Source: Candidatus Woesebacteria bacterium RIFCSPLOWO2_01_FULL_39_23
GTDB lineage: Bacteria > Patescibacteriota > Microgenomatia > UBA8517
Direction: 5' to 3'
NCBI GenBank assembly: GCA_001793095.1
Contig: MGHG01000009.1
Location: 221,849-285,848 of the forward strand
Length of the DNA: 64,000 bases
Shown: positions 60,408 to 64,000 of the stretch, in pieces
Layout of the letters: each line of letters opens with the position of its first letter
How positions within the stretch are numbered: position 1 is the first letter of the stretch
The notes under the pieces: generated by a model
What the model saw: the letters and a program-made list of their open reading frames with translations, nothing else
Told to the model about the DNA's origin: nothing
Databases searched by the model: none
Made by a program: the position numbers and the translations under genes

Positions 60408-60439
60408 ATCTTCAAAGAAATAGACCCTGAAAAATAATA

Positions 60440-60970
60440 TTACTCCCCAAATAATTTATGACCATGTAAAAATTCATTCCAATACTTTACCCATAAAGGT
60501 GTCACCTCATGCTGATACTGAATGGCATCTTGGAGGTTGTTGTAGACCTTAACCTGGTATTGGGTGAAATTTCTGATTTCTTTTGTCCAAATTCTTCTTG
60601 CTGCGTTAAAGTTCTTTCTACCTTCCCAACTAACCCCAGAAAGTCGCTCCTTTATTCTCTCAATTTGACCTCGAATAATTTCCGGTAACTCTGGTAAGTT
60701 TTTTTCCCAATCCATTCGAATATACAATGAAGCTTTTGCGTATTCTGTCCTATGCGGAAGATAAATATTTTTATAACCAAAGGAGTTCTCATCATCACCT
60801 ATGATGCTTGCCAATACATTACCTAGTAGCAATTTATTTGTATCTAACCCCAACTGTGGAGAAATATGCCTCAGCCAGTCGCTATGAAGAGGTCCTGCTA
60901 TTGCCCAAGTTAACGGATTTTTCAGATCGGGTCTTGTTAAGTGAGGTGGCTGTTCAATTTCAAGCGACAT
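60440..60970 (-). CDS. Hypothetical soluble protein
   Basis: 176 aa with no TM helix and no recognisable family motif. Confidence 0.35.
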   Translation of the reverse strand: MSLEIEQPPHLTRPDLKNPLTWAIAGPLHSDWLRHISPQLGLDTNKLLLGNVLASIIGDDENSFGYKNIYLPHRTEYAKASLYIRMDWEKNLPELPEIIRGQIERIKERLSGVSWEGRKNFNAARRIWTKEIRNFTQYQVKVYNNLQDAIQYQHEVTPLWVKYWNEFLHGHKLFGE

Positions 60971-62259
60971 TAGCCACGATTATATCTCTTTAGTTTTAAC
61001 ACATTCAACTTGATGAATAGAAAAACAAAAACGAGCAAATTAATTACTGCTATTATATTCATAAAGAGCATGTTTTTATATAAATTCTCCAAAGATGTAA
61101 ATGAGGGTGCCCAGAATAAATAATAAATGTTAGCCAGGTGTGTTAAAGAAAGAATTATATAAGGTGTAATTAGTGTCGGAAGAAACGCCAAAGTAACGGT
61201 CGCATATGGGAAAAAGGGGTATAAATACCTCGGATGAATTCTGGTCATAAAAAGAAAGGAAATTAAACTACTCATCGCCAGAAGTAAAAATATATTTTTA
61301 GGAATCAAACTTTTTCTCAGGTAATAAATGGCCAAAATAACAAGCATCAAAAAAATCATCAAGCCATATGTTCTTGCTGATATTCCTAAAAATTGCGTCG
61401 AGTCTAGCACTCTCCCGGGACTAATAAGCCACCAGAAATTAAAGGCATTTGCGGTCAAAAAACCAATCTCACCCGGCAAGATTCTGTCTTGATACAATTT
61501 AACGAACCACATGGGAAAATCTGAATATGGGTGGAACCAAATTCCTATAGTAATAACTGTGGCTAACGACATAATAATTGCTTTAAGCCAAGAATTAAGT
61601 TTATGTTTTTGCATGATTGCAACCATTCCGAGTACGGGCATAAAAACAGCCAACGATGCCTTAAAAAGAAAACTTAAGGTAAAAAATAATGCAAATCGAA
61701 GAAGATTATTGTTGAGCAATGCAAAAACAGCCAGTAATCCGAAGAGATTTACAATCGCATCTGTCTGCCCCCACACAGCGGAGTTATACCATGTAAGCGG
61801 ATTAAATAGCCAAATCGCTGATAATAAAACCGCCAATCTGCTCTTGTTGGTTTTGTGGATGATATAACGATAAATCATCCATCCGATACACAAGTCTGCA
61901 AAAATACTCGGAAGTTTGACCAAAAGTGTCATGCCTCTTTGCTCCCAAAACCATATAAATGCAGATGGGAAAAATCTAAAGCTATCATTTAGATTTAAAG
62001 CAAGAGCATAAACAACTTTCCAGATACCACTTAAAGCTGTGAACATTAAAATATAGAGAGGTGGTTGATTTGGTTGAGAGTATGGCCATCCACCGGTAGG
62101 AATTTTATCGTATAGGCCATTTAAACCCCTCTGAAGGGCGATACCACCCCAGGATATATTGTTATTCAAATCCCCGTGATAAGCACTAAAGATAAGCGAA
62201 AGTCTTAAGACAAAGGCTAAAGCTAAGACAAAAAATAGGTATTTTTTAGATAACGGCAT
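60970..62259 (-). CDS. Polytopic membrane protein, putative GT-C glycosyltransferase
   Basis: 429 aa with about 11 TM helices. The first extracytoplasmic loop reads YHGDLNNNISWGGIALQRGLNGLYD...GGWPYSQPNQPPLY. Confidence 0.4.
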   Translation of the reverse strand: MPLSKKYLFFVLALAFVLRLSLIFSAYHGDLNNNISWGGIALQRGLNGLYDKIPTGGWPYSQPNQPPLYILMFTALSGIWKVVYALALNLNDSFRFFPSAFIWFWEQRGMTLLVKLPSIFADLCIGWMIYRYIIHKTNKSRLAVLLSAIWLFNPLTWYNSAVWGQTDAIVNLFGLLAVFALLNNNLLRFALFFTLSFLFKASLAVFMPVLGMVAIMQKHKLNSWLKAIIMSLATVITIGIWFHPYSDFPMWFVKLYQDRILPGEIGFLTANAFNFWWLISPGRVLDSTQFLGISARTYGLMIFLMLVILAIYYLRKSLIPKNIFLLLAMSSLISFLFMTRIHPRYLYPFFPYATVTLAFLPTLITPYIILSLTHLANIYYLFWAPSFTSLENLYKNMLFMNIIAVINLLVFVFLFIKLNVLKLKRYNRG

Positions 62260-62262
62260 TGA

Positions 62263-63975
62263 TCAAAGGTCTTTTCCTTCCACAATTAAATACGCAGGTC
62301 TTCCGCTCGGGTAGTAGATGGTTTTTATTGCGGGAACGTTATACTTAAATTCGTCGGGTTTACCTACCACAAGCACGTTTTTGTCCCTGTATGACGAGTT
62401 AATACTCCCAAAAATATATTTTCCCAATCTGTAACCATCTAACTGATCTAAAAATTTATAACCATTTTGTTCATAGACCAACCAGCTTTTAGATTCATTT
62501 TGATAATCTACTGGATCCCATTTTTCAAAAAAAGCAATCCAGATATTAGGAACCGAAAGTGTCCGACTCACAACAATATTGTCGTATCGGTATTCTATAC
62601 TAGCAACATACTTCACCGTCTCTTTTATACCATAATGCATACTCTCAGCACTTTGTACTGGTGCATGATAAATATAATTCTCCGTAAACTTGGCAATATT
62701 AAAAATTGCTAAAAGACTAAAAATACCAATCAGAACATATTTGAAAGTTAAAGGCCTGATGCTGTTTTTTAAACCTATCCATAACACGAATGCACCATAT
62801 GCAGAAATAACCTGAATTGCAGGCATCATCAACGCAGCCCGATTTGCAGCGTACCCAGGACCTTTGGTTAATGCTGCAGGTATTGGCGAAAGAATAAGCC
62901 ATAATAAGAAAAAATTCATATATTTAAAACCACGCTCCCTAACAAAAGCGATAAGCGCAGCAAACACAAAAACAGATTCGAATAAGTACAAAACCCCCTG
63001 ACCGGGAATCATCCCGTAGGTCCACTCTCCCGCTCCCTGAATAAACAAATAGTACGGAGATATGTAGGTAAAATAATTAGTTGTAAAAAGTTCAAAGACG
63101 TAGACGGCTTTATTTGAAAAAACCCTGGATATTAAATCGGGTAGTCCCTGAAGGTATGCAACGTAGCGCCTATCCGCAACTGCCTGCCACTTGTCGGTCG
63201 GGTTTAATATTGTCACGTCCAGGGGGCGTGCTGAGGCTTTACCGATTGTTGAAAAACATGCCGGAATAATAAATAAAAGTAATGTTACTGTCGATATAAC
63301 AACCCAAGTTCGATATTTTTTTTCTCTAACTAATTTCATTAACGCTTCGGCGTTTACATAGATCAGAAGTGCTAACATCGGGGGTACAAAAAATCTTGCG
63401 GCATGATAACTGAAAAGACTCAGGCCGAATGTTAAAGCGGATACAACTAACCATTTAGGATTACGTAACCCCTTCCAAAAAGAATAAATCCCAAACGGTA
63501 TAAAAAAAGTTGTTAAATTTGCTTCAAACGCGCCCCTGGATAAAGGTAGGTGCCATGGTGAAACTGCCAAGAGAGTAGCTGCCAGAATTTCCAAATTCCA
63601 TCCGCCGGTTGGCGGACCGATTTCCAATTTACTGTCACCCCTTCTTAACTCTTTGACCAGCAGATAAGTAGCGTATATGGCTAACGTACCAATTACGGCA
63701 TTAGGTAGCCGCACGGCAAATTCATTAAGTCCGAATAACGCAATTGATGGAACCGCAAGGTATGAGTATAGCGGCAGTTTAAAATCACCAAACGAGCGCA
63801 ATGATAACGGCAGGTATTCTCCCCAGGAATCGCGTCCTGTTTTTAAAATAGAATAAGCATCATAACCTATCCCCGCCTCATCCTGGGTAAATCCTGTCGG
63901 ATAAGATGTTAAGTTATACACTCTTAAAAAAAATCCCAGTGCAATTATAAAAAAAAGGAACGTTTTAGCTTTCAT
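62263..63975 (-). CDS. ArnT/PMT_2-like GT-C membrane glycosyltransferase (paralog 5)
   Basis: FTQDEAGIGYDAYSILKTGRDSWGEYLP. Confidence 0.65.
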   Translation of the reverse strand: MKAKTFLFFIIALGFFLRVYNLTSYPTGFTQDEAGIGYDAYSILKTGRDSWGEYLPLSLRSFGDFKLPLYSYLAVPSIALFGLNEFAVRLPNAVIGTLAIYATYLLVKELRRGDSKLEIGPPTGGWNLEILAATLLAVSPWHLPLSRGAFEANLTTFFIPFGIYSFWKGLRNPKWLVVSALTFGLSLFSYHAARFFVPPMLALLIYVNAEALMKLVREKKYRTWVVISTVTLLLFIIPACFSTIGKASARPLDVTILNPTDKWQAVADRRYVAYLQGLPDLISRVFSNKAVYVFELFTTNYFTYISPYYLFIQGAGEWTYGMIPGQGVLYLFESVFVFAALIAFVRERGFKYMNFFLLWLILSPIPAALTKGPGYAANRAALMMPAIQVISAYGAFVLWIGLKNSIRPLTFKYVLIGIFSLLAIFNIAKFTENYIYHAPVQSAESMHYGIKETVKYVASIEYRYDNIVVSRTLSVPNIWIAFFEKWDPVDYQNESKSWLVYEQNGYKFLDQLDGYRLGKYIFGSINSSYRDKNVLVVGKPDEFKYNVPAIKTIYYPSGRPAYLIVEGKDL

Positions 63976-64000
63976 CGGCTTATTTCTGTATAGACATAAA

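Noticed and set aside
60408-60439. Convergent 3' junction between the plus-strand ArnT-like gene and the minus-strand hypothetical gene as a bidirectional terminator
   Set aside because: There is no convincing GC-rich stem-loop or U-tract in the 32-nt gap.

Overview
This window is a gene-dense, low-GC stretch, with nearly all genes on the minus strand and many 4- to 8-nt start/stop overlaps. It reads as one very large glycan / glycoconjugate biosynthesis island. Gene organisation and sequence composition suggest, as inference only, an uncultivated low-GC bacterium (CPR-like).

What the window contains:
- An initiating polyprenyl-phosphate sugar phosphotransferase, a Wzx-like flippase and an O-antigen-ligase/Wzy_C-like protein.
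- About 8 GT4 and 7 GT2 glycosyltransferases.
- A complete GDP-L-fucose route (ManC-like, Gmd, Fcl) plus a NUDIX hydrolase.
- Six SAM-dependent methyltransferases, including two FkbM-type, a DUF115/Cst-II-like protein and an acetyltransferase.
- A DPM1/GtrB-like polyprenyl-phosphate-sugar synthase with a DUF2304-like small membrane partner.
- At least 17 polytopic membrane proteins that look like GT-C glycosyltransferases. At least six of these are ArnT/PMT_2-like paralogs sharing a DEAxxGYxAYS...GxDExG N-terminal motif.

Unusual items:
- A tandem duplication of a two-gene membrane module (30031-35012).
- A paralog pair carrying a distinctive GYGYPL / QFPWR signature (54401-57873).
- An IS200/IS605-like Y1 transposase flanked by identical 24-nt switchable-hairpin repeats, with further copies of the hairpin embedded in-frame in a distant membrane-protein gene and in the transposase gene itself.
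- A second palindromic repeat family, with one copy inside a GT4 gene and one intergenic.
- A 2-hydroxyacid dehydrogenase interrupted by a single in-frame TAG.

No rRNA, tRNA or CRISPR arrays were recognised.
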